Part shown: piece after piece, positions 1-13,289 of the stretch
Layout: each line of letters starts with the position of its first letter
Position numbering within the stretch: the stretch's first letter is position 1
Source: Eledone cirrhosa
Taxonomy: Eukaryota
NCBI GenBank assembly: GCA_964016885.1
Contig: OZ024746.1
Span: 33,542,001-33,606,000 of the forward strand
Reading direction: 5' to 3'
DNA: 64,000 nucleotides
Position numbers and translations under genes: made by a program
Notes under the pieces: generated by a model
The model's database searches: none
Seen by the model: only the letters and a program-made list of their open reading frames with translations
What the model was told of the DNA's origin: nothing

Positions 1-118
1 ACAAATCTCAGATTTCTATGAATATAAATTCGGTGGAATCGTGAACGAGAGAATAAAGACCATCAAACCTGGTTGAAATGTGAGCAAGGAAGGAATTTCG
101 CACAGGTCTAACGGAAGG

Positions 119-608
119 AAGAAGGGGTCTGGTCTGCGAATTCGGTAAACATAAGTTCTGTGAAGTCGCAGACGAGAGAGAGAGAAAAAAATTCATACCG
201 GCTTGGCCAAGTGCCCGCGAGAAAAGGATTACGGACAGGTCAAACGGGAAGAAAGGGGAGGAGGAGAGGTAGTGACAGAGAGTGAGTGAGTGAAAGGTGA
301 GGAAGAGGCTAACAGAGAGAGAGAGACTGCTAGAAAGGGTAAAGACACAAAGAACGAAACAGACTGGTTTGTTTCGTTCTTTGTGTCTTTTCCCTTTCTA
401 GCAGTCTCTCTCTGTTAGCCTCTTCCTCACCTTTCACTCACTCACTCTCTGTCACTACCTCTCCTCCTCCCCTTTCTTCCCGTTTGACCTGTCCGTAATC
501 CTTTTCTCGCGATCACATGGCCAAGCCGGTATGAATTTTTCTCTCTCTCTCTCGTCTGCGACTTCACAGAACTTATGTTTACCGAATTCGCAGACCAGAC
601 CCCTTCTT
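119..608. repeat. Fold-back palindrome (~245-bp arms, centre ~365) in a dispersed non-coding repeat
   Basis: 119-363 is the near-perfect reverse complement of 368-608 (...agaacgaaacaga-ctgg-tttgtttcgttct...). 1-190 also matches the reverse complement of 13290-13572. Confidence 0.92.
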
Positions 609-1889
609 GTCTCTGTCTCTGCCCATGCGATTGCGTATACGTTTCCTGTTTGGTGTATGTGTTAGTGTTTGAGTGTATGTGTTTTTGTGTTCTATTTTTG
701 TTCACCGGTGTGTGTTTATATGTGTTTGTTGTTATTGTATTTGTGTATATATTTATTTATTTATATTTCCCTTATGTCAGTATTTATATATATATATATT
801 CGCAAACGTGCCTGACTGCTTGTTTGCAAACGCATACTTTAAAACGATCTGCAGATTTCGAAACCTTTCATAAGTAAGTTAGATTTTTAAATTTTATATT
901 TTATCTTTACAAAAATACTCTAAATAATAGGATATATAGGCACCCTTAACAGAAAAATCGCCATTCGAATCCCTCAAGTGCTAATGTCGTCGATATCTCC
1001 GTTAAAGTGTGCTTATATGCTCCAATACATAGATTACTCTCCTACAGACACATACTCTCGCCCATACATCAACATGTATATGAAATAAAAATTCAAGTCA
1101 TTAGAGATATACTTCACTGCTTTACAATCGTTTCTAGATGGTGATAATACGTTGTATCTATACTCAGTTATTGATCTATGTAAGATTACAAACTATCAGA
1201 TAGAGAAAATATTTACTTACATGCATATCACCAGCTGTTTTCAAAAGCAATAATAATTTTATTCAATAATAATAATCTTACTCAGAATTAGTAGCATGTT
1301 AGTACTATGTCCTTATTTGGAGGTAGTTGAAGAACTAACGAATCAAATTTTTTTTTTTTCATATGGTGTTAAGATGAAAAGAAATACACTTTTGAAAGGA
1401 ATGGATGAACGGTGTTAGTAGAAATGGCATAAAAACCTATGAGGTTGGGAGGGGATTATCAAACTGATAGTTGAATATATCTTGTATAGTGAATTCAAAA
1501 GGAATGTCAAAATAATTGGTGAGTAGTGTAGCATTGAGTTTTAAGGTGAATATAAATTAATGTTATGGCTAGGAAAGATAGTATATTAAAAGATGAAAGT
1601 TATAATAAGATAATGAGATATAGTAATGCGATAATATACAACTTAAACAACACAATATAGAACGGTGTGGTAAATTGCACTTAGTATAGTATAACATATT
1701 ATATGCTCTAACATATTACTAGGTATGTTTATTCATGAACACTCAAACTCAGATAAGTACTTGTTAGCATGGTTAAAACACATAAGTTTCATAGTCTACA
1801 AAGTGCAGTATATATAGAGAGAGGTACAGTTATATTGATATCTAACGATAATATACATAGGTACAATAGATGCAAACCTAAATACACAT

Positions 1890-2610
<721 letters not shown>

Positions 2611-2629
2611 AAATGTATTTCCATATCAT

Positions 2630-3535
2630 ACATAGTTCTATATTTTAACTCATGCGATTACCGGTCGTTGTCCATCGTGTTGCCTTTAGTCATTAACGCA
2701 TAACTCTAAGGAAGCTAAAACATTAAAAGGCAAAAATAAGCATGAAAGCATATAATTAAGGGAAAAAGGTACTAATAAATCTTATTCTATACGGAATTAT
2801 AGTGAGTTGCTATTCAGAATATTTAATTAGGTTTATAGTATTTAATTAGGTGTATATTATTTAAATGTTTTTCGTATACGGTCATTACAGACTATGATCT
2901 ATTCCTGTCTTTTATTTAATAAATCGTCCTTAGATTTAGTAATTTCCAAGATCTCGTCTGAACACAATCTGCATTCTCTCCTGTTCCCAAGATATGGAGT
3001 TGTTTGTAGAATGGTGTTCCACGATAACTTAAAATCTATTTTTTTCTTTTTATAATTATTTATCGCTTCAGCTAAAGATGTGGTGTTTGCTAGTTTTAGT
3101 ATTGTTGAAACTACTTGAGTGTGCGTAACATCTTTTCTTAAATGTGTTTGATGTAGATCCTATATATGTTTTGTTGGAGTCTGTAGTGACACAGTGCATT
3201 TATATATTACATTATTAACCAAACAGTTTACATTTAAGGGGCAAATGCTTCTATTTCTGCAATTACAGCCATACGTAAGATGGCCTTTGGGGGTATCTTT
3301 ACTATTCTCATTTATCCTTTGAGCTATTCCTATTGTAATTAATGATAGCAGGAGAATGAAAGTTGCTTTGTGGGTGGTTTGGTGCTTGAGTTGTATTGTA
3401 ATTTTGTGTTCTGTTGTTTTTGTGTTGGTGATTTGGTTGGTTGTGTTTTCTAGGTTGAAGGATTGTATTACTTGTCTTTTTAAAAGGTGCAGTCCTATTT
3501 AAATTATGTTGCGGAGTGTAGTCATATTATTTTTA
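2630..3535 (-). mobile_element. Penelope-like element 3' part: GIY-YIG endonuclease remnant and 3' region
   Basis: The minus strand translates (one frameshift) as GCNCRNRSICPLNVNCLVNNVIYKCTV / TDSNKTYIGSTSNTFKKRCYAH and, downstream, PYLGNRRECRLCSDEILEI..DLLNKRQE. These match the CNC..CPL..CL / YIG / C..C..E..LLNKR motifs of PLE endonucleases. Confidence 0.88.
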
Positions 3536-3540
3536 AGCAT

Positions 3541-4429
3541 ATTAGAAAATTCCTCAAGGACTATTACAGCCATAGCATCACCTTTGAAAACACTTCAAAC
3601 GTAGCTAATTTCCTTGATGTTACCTTAGATCTCTCTACGAATACTTATCAACCATACCACAAACCTAACCAGAATCTACATTATGTACATTCACGTTTAG
3701 CCACCCTGGCTCTATACTCAAGAACTTAGTATATAACATATCTCTTAGACTTTCTAAATGTTCTTCCAATGAAGATATATTTTATAATAATGCACCCTTC
3801 TACAATGAGGCCTTAACTAGAAGTGGATATAAGAAAAAATCTCATATATCCCCAACACTACTATGGACAAAAACATAAAACCTAACAAAAACTACAAACA
3901 CCAAAAAATACCATTGAAACAAATACCTAAAGTGGTTATTCCTATTACACCAAACAACCGAAACACCACAAAATCTATTACTACATGATCTATGACCAAT
4001 GTTATCCACCCACCTATGAATACCAAGCACTCAAAATATCATAATCTACCCAAAAATATCACCAATACAACCATGGTAATTTACCAAATTCCACAAATAA
4101 GGACACTAACCATAGGAATTCTTCTAGAATACAACGCAATAATATAAGGGATAATAAAAACTTAACTAAAAACCGCAAAAGAAACATAACATGGTACAAC
4201 GCACCCTTCAACCTGCAAACTATTGGACAAATCCCCCCAAAATTCTTTGAAATACTACATAAATATTTTCCACCAAACCACAGATACCACCAAATATTAA
4301 ACAAATATACTGTTAAATCCTCATAATCTACATCAAGCAATCTCAAACAAAAATAAGTAACTACAACATTTATAAAACTTTATAATAATATGACTATACC
4401 AGCGCAACATAATTTAAATAGGACTGCAC
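3541..4429 (+). mobile_element. Penelope-like element RT C-terminus/thumb and linker, inverted relative to the adjacent EN part
   Basis: ORF 3487-3729 contains SITFENTSNVANFLDVTLDLSTNTYQPYHKPNQNLHYVHS. Downstream are NISLRLSKCSSNEDIF and KRNITWYNAPFN...KFFEILHKYFPPNHRYHQILNKYTVKSS, typical of PLE ORFs. Stops and frameshifts are present. Confidence 0.88.
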
Positions 4430-4610
4430 AGGCGTACAGTAGTATGTATAGATATATACATACATGCATACATATATATATATGTACGTATGGATTCACA
4501 GAACATTTATTATAATGCTCGGTGTGTTTGTAACCAAACATCCCGTATTAAGCCGTAGTGTCCAGCAACCATCGTTGCTCGTTTGTTCAACACTGACAAA
4601 GGAACGCTGT
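4428..4610 (-). mobile_element. Truncated copy of the HHR-bearing repeat found at 54812-55040
   Basis: The reverse complement matches 54849-55038 (cagcgttcctttgtcagtgttgaac...catactactgtacg). Confidence 0.85.
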
Positions 4611-4625
4611 ATATATATATATATA

Positions 4626-5196
4626 TGATGAGGGACTAATTTTATAATATGTAAACCATGTGCAACCACGCAGTATTCCCCTTATTTCCCATGTTTTTCA
4701 TACATATTTACCTCGACTGCGATTATATGTTTCTCTCTTTCCCTCTTACTGCTCCCCCGTTCTCTCTATTTCTCTCACCTTCTTTCGCCCCCTCTGTCAG
4801 TTACACTTCCATTCACTCACTCTCTGTTTCTCCCCTTCTCACTTCCTCCCGTTCGTTAGTAGTGGGGTTCTTTCTTTCTCACATCTGATTCATGGCGGAC
4901 GGTCTGTTTTCTGGCCGCTAATGAAATTCACCCAGCTTATGCTGACCGGATAACCATCATGTTGCTTGCTGTTTTCCTAAACTTCGGTTTGCTTTTCCTT
5001 CTATATTGTTTACTTGTCTCACTCGCTTTACGCTATTCACTTGTGCCAATAGCTTATTTTAGTTATTGCTCGCACCAACCTGAGGTATCTGATTTTTAAT
5101 GCGATGAAATACCAATGATGATTGGCAAATCATTGATGAGGGACTAATTTTATAATATGTAACCCATGTGCAACCACGCAGTATTCCCATGTTTTT

Positions 5197-5200
<4 letters not shown>
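4626..5200 (+). mobile_element. Small element with ~75-bp terminal direct repeats (partial tandem, period ~508 bp) between (TA)n tracts; PLE pLTR-like
   Basis: tgatgagggactaattttataatatgtaa.ccatgtgcaaccacgcagtattccc occurs at ~4627 and ~5134. Segment 5070-5150 is homologous to 13665-13745. Confidence 0.7.
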
Positions 5201-5253
<53 letters not shown>

Positions 5254-5360
5254 GAGGTGCCTGTATGCATGTATACATAAATATACATGTAAAACTATTG
5301 CTATCTATATTCATCTGTCAATCTGAGTGTATGCATGAGCCGGGTGTCTCCTGTAGCAAT

Positions 5361-5684
5361 TCACATGTAATGTAAATTTTTGTAAATAGCGGTATTATGT
5401 TGCAGCTGAACATTTTGACAATAAGCCCATATACTGTAGGTCTTGAAATATGCAATGATATAATAGGCATAGCATATATGCAAACCGGGTTTGCGCAGGT
5501 ATAACGCAACCAGAAATTTAAATGCCGATTTCTTTCTTCTTACCTTCCTTCTTACAGGATAGGAAGAAACCTCAGAGGTGTTGCATAATTCATCGAAAAG
5601 GACAATACCATTCTTTCCTTTATTGTATTCATAGATACTGTGTGAGATTTGCTGTTGGTACATTAAAATGTCACATCCAAACAT
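5361..5684 (-). pseudogene. Possible piggyBac-type transposase remnant
   Basis: The ORF has YEYNKGKNGIVLFDELC...YPVRRKVRR, resembling the piggyBac YN..KGGVD..DQ.C..Y...RK.RR motif. It is degenerate and no TIRs were verified. Confidence 0.45.
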
Positions 5685-6400
5685 GGCTCAAAATTTAAAA
5701 AGTTTTTCCGAAATTCACTACTAACAATCAGGATTAGAATACACACTTAATTCTTTCAAACATTCCAAATTCTAGTGTCTAAACATATATACCGTTTTAT
5801 GTGTATCTCTGTAAAATTGTAAGCATACTGAGTGTCAGATTGACCTCACCGTTATGCAGCTCATGGAAGAAAGGCTATCTTTTACTACCCGAGGAAACAT
5901 CAATTTGTATCTAAGCCTCACATAGGAATCATCTCTACAGGATAAATTTTCCCTACAAGACCAGCAAATAGGTCAAACAATAAGAATCCCTACAAAACTT
6001 AGGTGATGATGATAATGTAATAATTCCTCCTCATCTGAGAAGGAGTAATTTTAGACTTCATTCGGCTCATCAGCTGAGTGTCTCTCATTGACACCCTTCA
6101 GCTTCTATGAAGAAGACGGTCTCCCGATACGACTGCAACAACCACAGTTCTACAATTGTATCTACTTAAAGGACCATGCTAGTCCCAGGCTGAAGCCGTT
6201 CAATCTCTCGCGACGAAAACGCCTCTATTCATTCTATTAGTAATGCTGTGATCAACTCAAAAGATCTGCCCTAACCGTTGCATCGAGATCCTACACACTT
6301 GATTGTTGGCACTTTGAAGGAACATCCATACAAATGTATTTTCAAAGGAAATGAACATTAATTCTCCGATTTCGGGTAACGGGGCTGTGTAGCACACACC

Positions 6401-6495
<95 letters not shown>

Positions 6496-8275
6496 TATTG
6501 ATAACCTAGTTATATTTAACGTTGTACTGGTATGAGTATGGGCACTGCTTTTGGTCGCTTTTCTTGGTGTCACACTTTCTTAACGTTCTTAACTCGTGCA
6601 ATGCTCAATCCTATGGATTACGTAACAATGTTTTTCCTTTTACCCTTCTGATGTGAAATAATAATCATTACGTAATGCAGACAATCGGCCATGGGACTCT
6701 GCAGTCAGCACATGTAGACCGGTAAGTAATTGTACAGAAACATATGTTGAAGTTTGACCACTTAATACTTTTCTCCTTCTGACCACCTCTACCTATCTAG
6801 TTCTTCCTGTGTTTCCTCGTACCATATGTATTAATATAAATACTCCATGGTTTAGTCCTTGGAAATTGTACTATAACCTTTTCAACTTGATACCTATGAT
6901 ATGCATTGCAAGGAAAACGTCGTGAAAAAGTAAGCAATCTTCCATACTTATTTTGTTTGCGCAATTTGATCTATACGAACGAAATTCAATTTGATTTATC
7001 TTTTCGTCGTATAATATATGCAACGTTGACCAGTTCTTTAAGGGCATTTACATGAAATTAGTTTAAGGAATATTTTCTGTAAGAGACGACCGTAAAACTT
7101 TCAGCAAAGTAGAAATCTCTAAATGTCTATGCATTGTCTTTAAGGCACATGTTACGGTATGCTTTTTTATTTCCTGAGCTAGGTTTATGTCAAGTTAGAA
7201 AACAGTTAGCGCTGTTAAATATGTGTCCTCAGAGAACTGATGAAACATGCATACAAACACACGCACATACCCCCCTCCACACACATATGCATATATATAT
7301 ATCATATATATAATTTCCGGAACTGCTGCCACTTTCTCCAGAATACTTTGGCAATTTATGCTCTCTTACATTTGATCCATTTATGAAGAATTTGATTTAG
7401 ATCAACCTTTCAAGCCGTAGTCCTTTCAATGCGATCCAATAGGCAGTAGTTTTAAAAGCTTCATTTATATTAGCAACTGACGAGAGGAAAAGTGGTGGTA
7501 TTTCTTTTATGAAACATGCCAATAATATATTCGTAATATCTGCAATAAGAAGTGATTTTATAGTACGTACTTATTCCTGAGAGAATGAAGCATGTCAATC
7601 TTGGACAAAATATTATATTTACTTGTTTTATTCATATCTACTCATTGTGCATGATCATCTATAAATTGATACATATATTTTACCTTCTTACGTATTGGCA
7701 ATAGCAATTGATTTCATAACTTCTTGACATTACTGACCAATTATAGGATAACTGAAATTTGTAAACTACATTGCATTGTACTGTCTGATATATTGCATCA
7801 TTATCCTTCATTTCCCTGCCTGTCTGGTGTTCATATCACATGATTTTATAGCATATTGTTACGAGTGGTTCACGTAACGAGATTGAGGAAATTCATTTGT
7901 TTTTATAGGACGTAATAAATATAATTCTGGCCCTGACAATAGTATACGCGTTATTATTTCATATTATTTCAGATTGGGATTTTTTCAGCATTTCTATAAT
8001 TTCTGCTCATTTGCGCTTCAAAATGGAGTTACCTCTGATTATATGCTTCACTAATATGTGTAAGTGGTTTCAGCAATATCTGTTTCAGACGCTATTATGT
8101 TACTAACATGATCTGTAGAATAGTACGCATTATTATATTAGACATTGTTTAAGCAGTATAGACACTGATTTTTGTTAGATATATTAACTGTAATTTGATT
8201 GCATTGCAAGAGTTCTAAGATATTCAACTGTGTAACAGATGCCACATACATCAATGTATACATGTATATACGTGG

Positions 8276-8345
<70 letters not shown>

Positions 8346-8742
8346 TTACACACTTATGCATATATGTATCTATGTGGGAATAATTCCTTATTATATGTTA
8401 TTTAGTGTTATCAAATGCATAAGTACATGTTCATGATACCATGGCATCAAAAGGCAAATTGGAATGTATAATAAAATACTGTTTGATGTTTTCTCATTAA
8501 TACAAATCAGGAAAAATTTCTATTACAGTCCCCGGGAACGAATCAAACCAATGTATCTACAAAACAAAGAAAAAAAAAAAAAAAAAGAAGTGACTTTCAC
8601 TTCATCTATTTATCTATTTCGATTTCTCTATTTCTATCCTCTCTCTCACGCTATACACACACACACGCACGCTCTCTCACGCGTCCACTCTCTCTCTCAC
8701 ACACATACACGTATATATATATATATATATGTGTGTGTGTGC

Positions 8743-8830
<88 letters not shown>

Positions 8831-9540
8831 GCATAAATGCATACAAAAGGCACAACACACACACATGTACACCGATATATTTATGTATGCAATTACGTAC
8901 CAAAACGGTTACTTAGATAGCTAATCACTGGATACATAACGAGGCTTGGCAACCCTGATGTCAGATTCGTTGTTCTCACATGAATAGAAAGGGAAGAGGA
9001 AAGCGTAGGTGGAGGCCAAGGATGAGAAACAAAGTTGGGGTTCAATAGTTGTAGCACGTAAAGAGATAGGATACTACCCCTCACACACGCTGGTACACAT
9101 CAAATCACACCAATTTCTTATCGTGGGCTGTAGGGAAGGCTGTTTAAGAGGGAACAAGAAAAAACACAGAGTGACACTTAGGGTGTCATAAATCAAAGAA
9201 AATGCTTGAAACTCTAGTATAGAATCATTTACAAGTGACAATAAAGATATGTCTAAATTCAAATTTTGTTGAGATGAAAAACTTATATTTAAATACGAAA
9301 TAGATAAAACGTGATATAAAAAAATCCCTACAAAAAATAAAGTTAAATGTATAAATACAAATGAAAATTGAAAATGAATATGAATTGAAAAGATCTGGTT
9401 CATAAATTCCAAAGAAGTGCACTGGTAATTTTACTGAATTTGACGTACTTTGAAGTGAGAATATTACAATAAAATGTAAACATTTTTCCAACACTAACCA
9501 CACTGCTAATCTACCTCCATTCCTCAGCCATTTGTAAAAT

Positions 9541-9835
9541 AATAATAATTGTTTCTACTTTAGGCACAAGTCCAGCAATTATCCAGTGCATTACTGGTAC
9601 TTTATTTTGTAAAATAATAATAATTGTTTCTACTTTAGGCACAAGGCCAGCAATTATCCAGTGCATTACTGGTACTTTATTTTATCGACCCGTAAGGATG
9701 AAAGGCAAAGTCAACCAAAATAATAATAATTGTTTCTACTTTAGGCACAAGGCCAGCAATTACCCAGTGCATTACTGGTACTTTATTTTATCGACCCCGT
9801 AAGGATGAAAGGCAAAGTCAACCAAAATAATAATA
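9541..9835 (-). mobile_element. Three head-to-tail partial SINE 3' ends
   Basis: aataataattgtttctactttaggcacaag.ccagcaatta.ccagtgcattactggtactttatttt is repeated at ~9541, ~9614 and ~9722. Confidence 0.88.
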
Positions 9836-10868
9836 ATGATATTGAAAATGTTTTTTTTACTATATTTATTGGTTCCTAGTGCCGAAAACATTGAGGGAAA
9901 TACGATAAACAGGAAGAGAGGAAATTTAAATATAGACGTAAACAGAGTTCAAAATGATCAGATTATGAATAAAAACAAAATTATAACTGAAAGAAAATAG
10001 CACATAATGTGAGAAACAGAAGTGGTAATTAAGGTAACCTACAGACAAGTGATCAACCCAATAGACAAAGGCCCGTGGGCATGTGCCTTGTCTCTTCTAT
10101 CCCTTTCAGCCTACAGCTACATGCTTAGAGTTGCACACACTTCAATGGTGCCATGCTCACTACATGCACCTGCCTCTTAGCAAATATACTATATAGGGGA
10201 TGTGCACTTCCCTCTATCATCACCTGTTACAATTGGAGATTTGAGGCTCATTTCAAATCAGGCTCATCTCAAATCAAACGCAGCCTCATTCGCATTAGTG
10301 GAGAAATGTTGAGAGCGGCATGATCTTCACAACGGCTTCCTACACGCGACAATTAAATGTTCGACACAATTCCACAAGTAATAAACGCACGAAAAGTCCA
10401 CCGGTACATGGGTGAAGTTTTCATCACGATGCGAGATGTGAGACAAGAACGTCTGACAGCACTTATGCCTCTGTGTATCAATGCCCGACAATGCCTCTGT
10501 GTATCATTCCAACCCAGGGATTTCAGGAATTGGCCTATAAATTCTGGGTGAATATTCCTCCAAGAAATCTAGGTTTTCATTTCGATCCTTAATTTCATCC
10601 GGCAATATTCCTTTATAGAAGGGTAAAATTATATTTCCACAAATCACATTGCTCGCATTATAAAATGCTGTGAGCCCCTGACAACATTCCAGATGACATG
10701 GACCAGTTTTCGCTTTACACTAGACGTAAAATGGTTGCCGCCATGAGATATGTGGAACGCGTCAATTCCATAGTAAACATTTTTCAGGACAACGCACCTC
10801 CCCCCCCCCCCGCCTTCTATCTCTCCCTCTTTCTCTTTATATATATATGATTATATATATTATATATA

Positions 10869-10940
10869 CTAGCAGAAAAAACCCCGCCCCTCGGGCGGTT
10901 TTCTACTAGCATATGTAGTGTGCATATTGGTATTATACGC
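10869..10940 (-). mobile_element. 3' end of a non-autonomous Helitron-like element (hairpin plus CTAG)
   Basis: ctagcagaaaa..ccgccc-ctc-gggcggttttctactag hairpin. The reverse complement, including flank, resembles 38650-38712. Confidence 0.55.
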
Positions 10941-11019
10941 AAATATATATGCATATAGATATATGTAAATTCAAATATATATGCATATAGATATATGTAA
11001 ATTGACAATATCTTCTTCA

Positions 11020-11690
11020 CCCACTTATTTCTGAGAGAGTCGTGAGGGCAGAGTCCTTCTCAAACACTCCTCCCAGCGAGTCTGTCAGTACCAAACATCT
11101 CTAACTGATCCAGCTGGATTCCAAAGCGTGACCAGCCAAGCTCGTGGATGTTATCCAACTATCTTGCTGAGCGTCTACCTCTGGGTCTCTTGGCAGTTAG
11201 TTTTGCCTGTAAAATGTGTCCAGCGATTCTTTACTGAGACATTCTAACCACATGCTCATAATATCGGAGTTGTGATCTCTCAAATCGGAGAAGTAGCGGC
11301 TCTACTAGGAGTGACTCTCTGGTCTCTGAGTTATGCACTTTAACGAGTAACGTTACTCCAAAGACCCTTGGCAGGAATCTCATTTCTGCCACTTTTATTT
11401 GCAATTGTATTGATTTGGTCAATACTCAAGATTCATGATCCTCGGTAAGAGTTGGCAGGAATACCAGGAAGACAGTGAGTTTGGCTTTTACATCTACCCC
11501 CTTTCTTCTGATTGCTGAATGCTGAGGCTGTCGCTTTACTGCATCAGCTTTTGCAATTCTTGCACATAATTCAGTCTCCTGCATTCCATCACTCGTGAAC
11601 ACGGCTCCAAAATACTTGAACCACTCTACCTGCTTCAGTAGAACTCCATTCACATGTATATACATTTGAGAGAATTCTGTCCACCCGTCC
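11020..11690 (-). mobile_element. RTE-clade LINE 3' fragment
   Basis: ORFs 11426-11758 (LKQVEWFKYFGAVFTSDG..ETELCARIAKA) and 11231-11422 (VAEMRFL.RV.GVTLL.KV.NSE.RESL.VEPLLLR.ERSQLR...HV.RM) match the RTE RT C-terminus. Confidence 0.85.
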
Positions 11691-11829
11691 ATCACGCAAT
11701 GTGTGTGTGTGGCTGTGTGAATGTATGTGTGTGTAAAAGGAAGGAAAGAGATACACACATATATGTTTCTAACTTAAAAACAGTGACACACATACACGTG
11801 TCTCTAATTTAAGAACGCCGATAAACTCA

Positions 11830-12480
11830 CGCGCGTGCCCATACACACACTGTCCACTCAAGAACTTTAGCCGGAGCAAACATCCCCTCAATTTTGGAAC
11901 CGTCTGGGTTGTCCTGAATTGATGAGAAACTTGACGGTCTTACTCTGTTCTCCTGGTCAAGAGGCAGGTGACTCACCTGGGACGTCACAGTTAGTGACTC
12001 TTTTGCTTCTTCCCACATACTGGATGCAGCGGTAATGGCGAGAGCTACAGCATCCGCAGCTGAACGGAACAAAATCCTAAAATATCGTGTTCTGTCAGCT
12101 AAATACATTATCCAGCCTGTGGTGTTCGAAACGGTTGGGGGAATCGGGCTACTGACAGCGAGGTTCTTATCTTCACTGGAGGCTCGCCAAACAGAGGTAA
12201 CTGGTGATGCTAGTGAGGGCACTTAGTTGCTCCAGCACCTCAGCCTCGCCATCACCCCAGGTAACGCTGCGAGCGTGTTGGCCTCCCTGAAAAATTATTA
12301 GAGAGGTTTCCCAGTTCTCCTCGCTATATTGCTATCTTTTGCTCTGGTAGCGCCTCGTTTTTCCACCCCTTTAGTCTGCAATTTGTTCTATGGGATCTAA
12401 GATGTGGGTATTAGGTGCTTGTGTATATTTTTTCTCTTTCTTTTTTTTTCCTTTCCGTTTCCTTTGTATATATTATATTT
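11830..12480 (+). mobile_element. 5'-truncated RLE-type non-LTR retrotransposon (CRE-like) restriction-like endonuclease fragment
   Basis: The plus strand reads DGLTLFSWSRGR*LTWDVTVSDS...AAERNKILKY...IQPVVFETVGGIG...GDASEG..LLQHLSLAI..GNAASVLASL, the PDG..WDV..K..KY..ET.G pattern of CRE-type RLE domains. Confidence 0.75.
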
Positions 12481-13097
12481 GTTAGTGTTTTCGTTCTGTA
12501 ACCATTATATTAAATGAGTTAAAAAAAAAAGAGTTAATAAATAAAGAGTTAATAAATAAATAAAATGTTATACTTGTTTTACCCTCCCATATCCAATTAA
12601 ACCGAAGTAATGATGACCGTGTGTTTGTGTAAATGTATATGTGCGAACGTATGTATGTTTGTGTAAATGTATGCATGTTTGTGTGAAAGTATGTGTATTT
12701 GTGTGAATTATGTCCGTGAGAGTGTATTTTTATAAGTTTCTATTTGCGCGATTATAGTTATTATAGTTTAGATATACTCATACATATAGATGTCAGCGTG
12801 TAGAAAGTCATAATCTCTCTATCTCTCTCATCACACACTCTCTGTTTCTATATATATGGTAGTTGAAGTGGTGGTGGTGACGACGATATACCGGAAGTGC
12901 AACTTTGAAAAGAAGTCAATTTGAAATTATTTATTTTTACAAAATTATTTTTGTTTACGAAATTGAGTAGATAAATTATGTAATATTCATTTATTATTTA
13001 TTCAAAGTAATTCAACGTATTTTACAAACGGGATAACAAAACATAAACCGTACGCAGTCCCGCATACCTTCGTTTATTCTAGTTTATATATATATAT

Positions 13098-13250
13098 GAG
13101 AAAAACCAAAAACCCTCCATCTCAATTCCACTTTTGAAACGCATAAGAACTGCGAAACCGGTAAAGGAACGAAATAAATATTCTTAAAAAGACTCCAGTT
13201 GCATTTTCTATTTCACCTTTCCTTATACTTTCACTCGTGTAGGACATTTC
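13098..13250 (+). mobile_element. HHR-bearing repeat (same family as 54500-54810); HHR with A9 mutated
   Basis: ctt-TTGAAAc-gca-taagaac-tgc-GAAA-ccgg-TA-aag at ~13131-13166. Flanks are homologous to 54665-54810 and it follows (TA)n. Confidence 0.75.
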
Positions 13251-13289
13251 GTTTTTATTGATTTTGGAAAAAGAACCTAATTTTCTTAT

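Noticed and set aside
2648-2705. Hammerhead at the 3' end of the Penelope remnant (minus strand atgcg..taatga...ccgg-ta-atcgcat)
   Set aside because: Position and palindromic ccgg fit, but both core segments are too degenerate to call.
9074-9503. Possible PLE RT remnant (NLDISL..VNDSI)
   Set aside because: Similarity too weak to support by eye.
9541-9835. CRISPR-like array
   Set aside because: The repeats are SINE fragments without unique spacers, the context is eukaryotic, and there are no cas genes.
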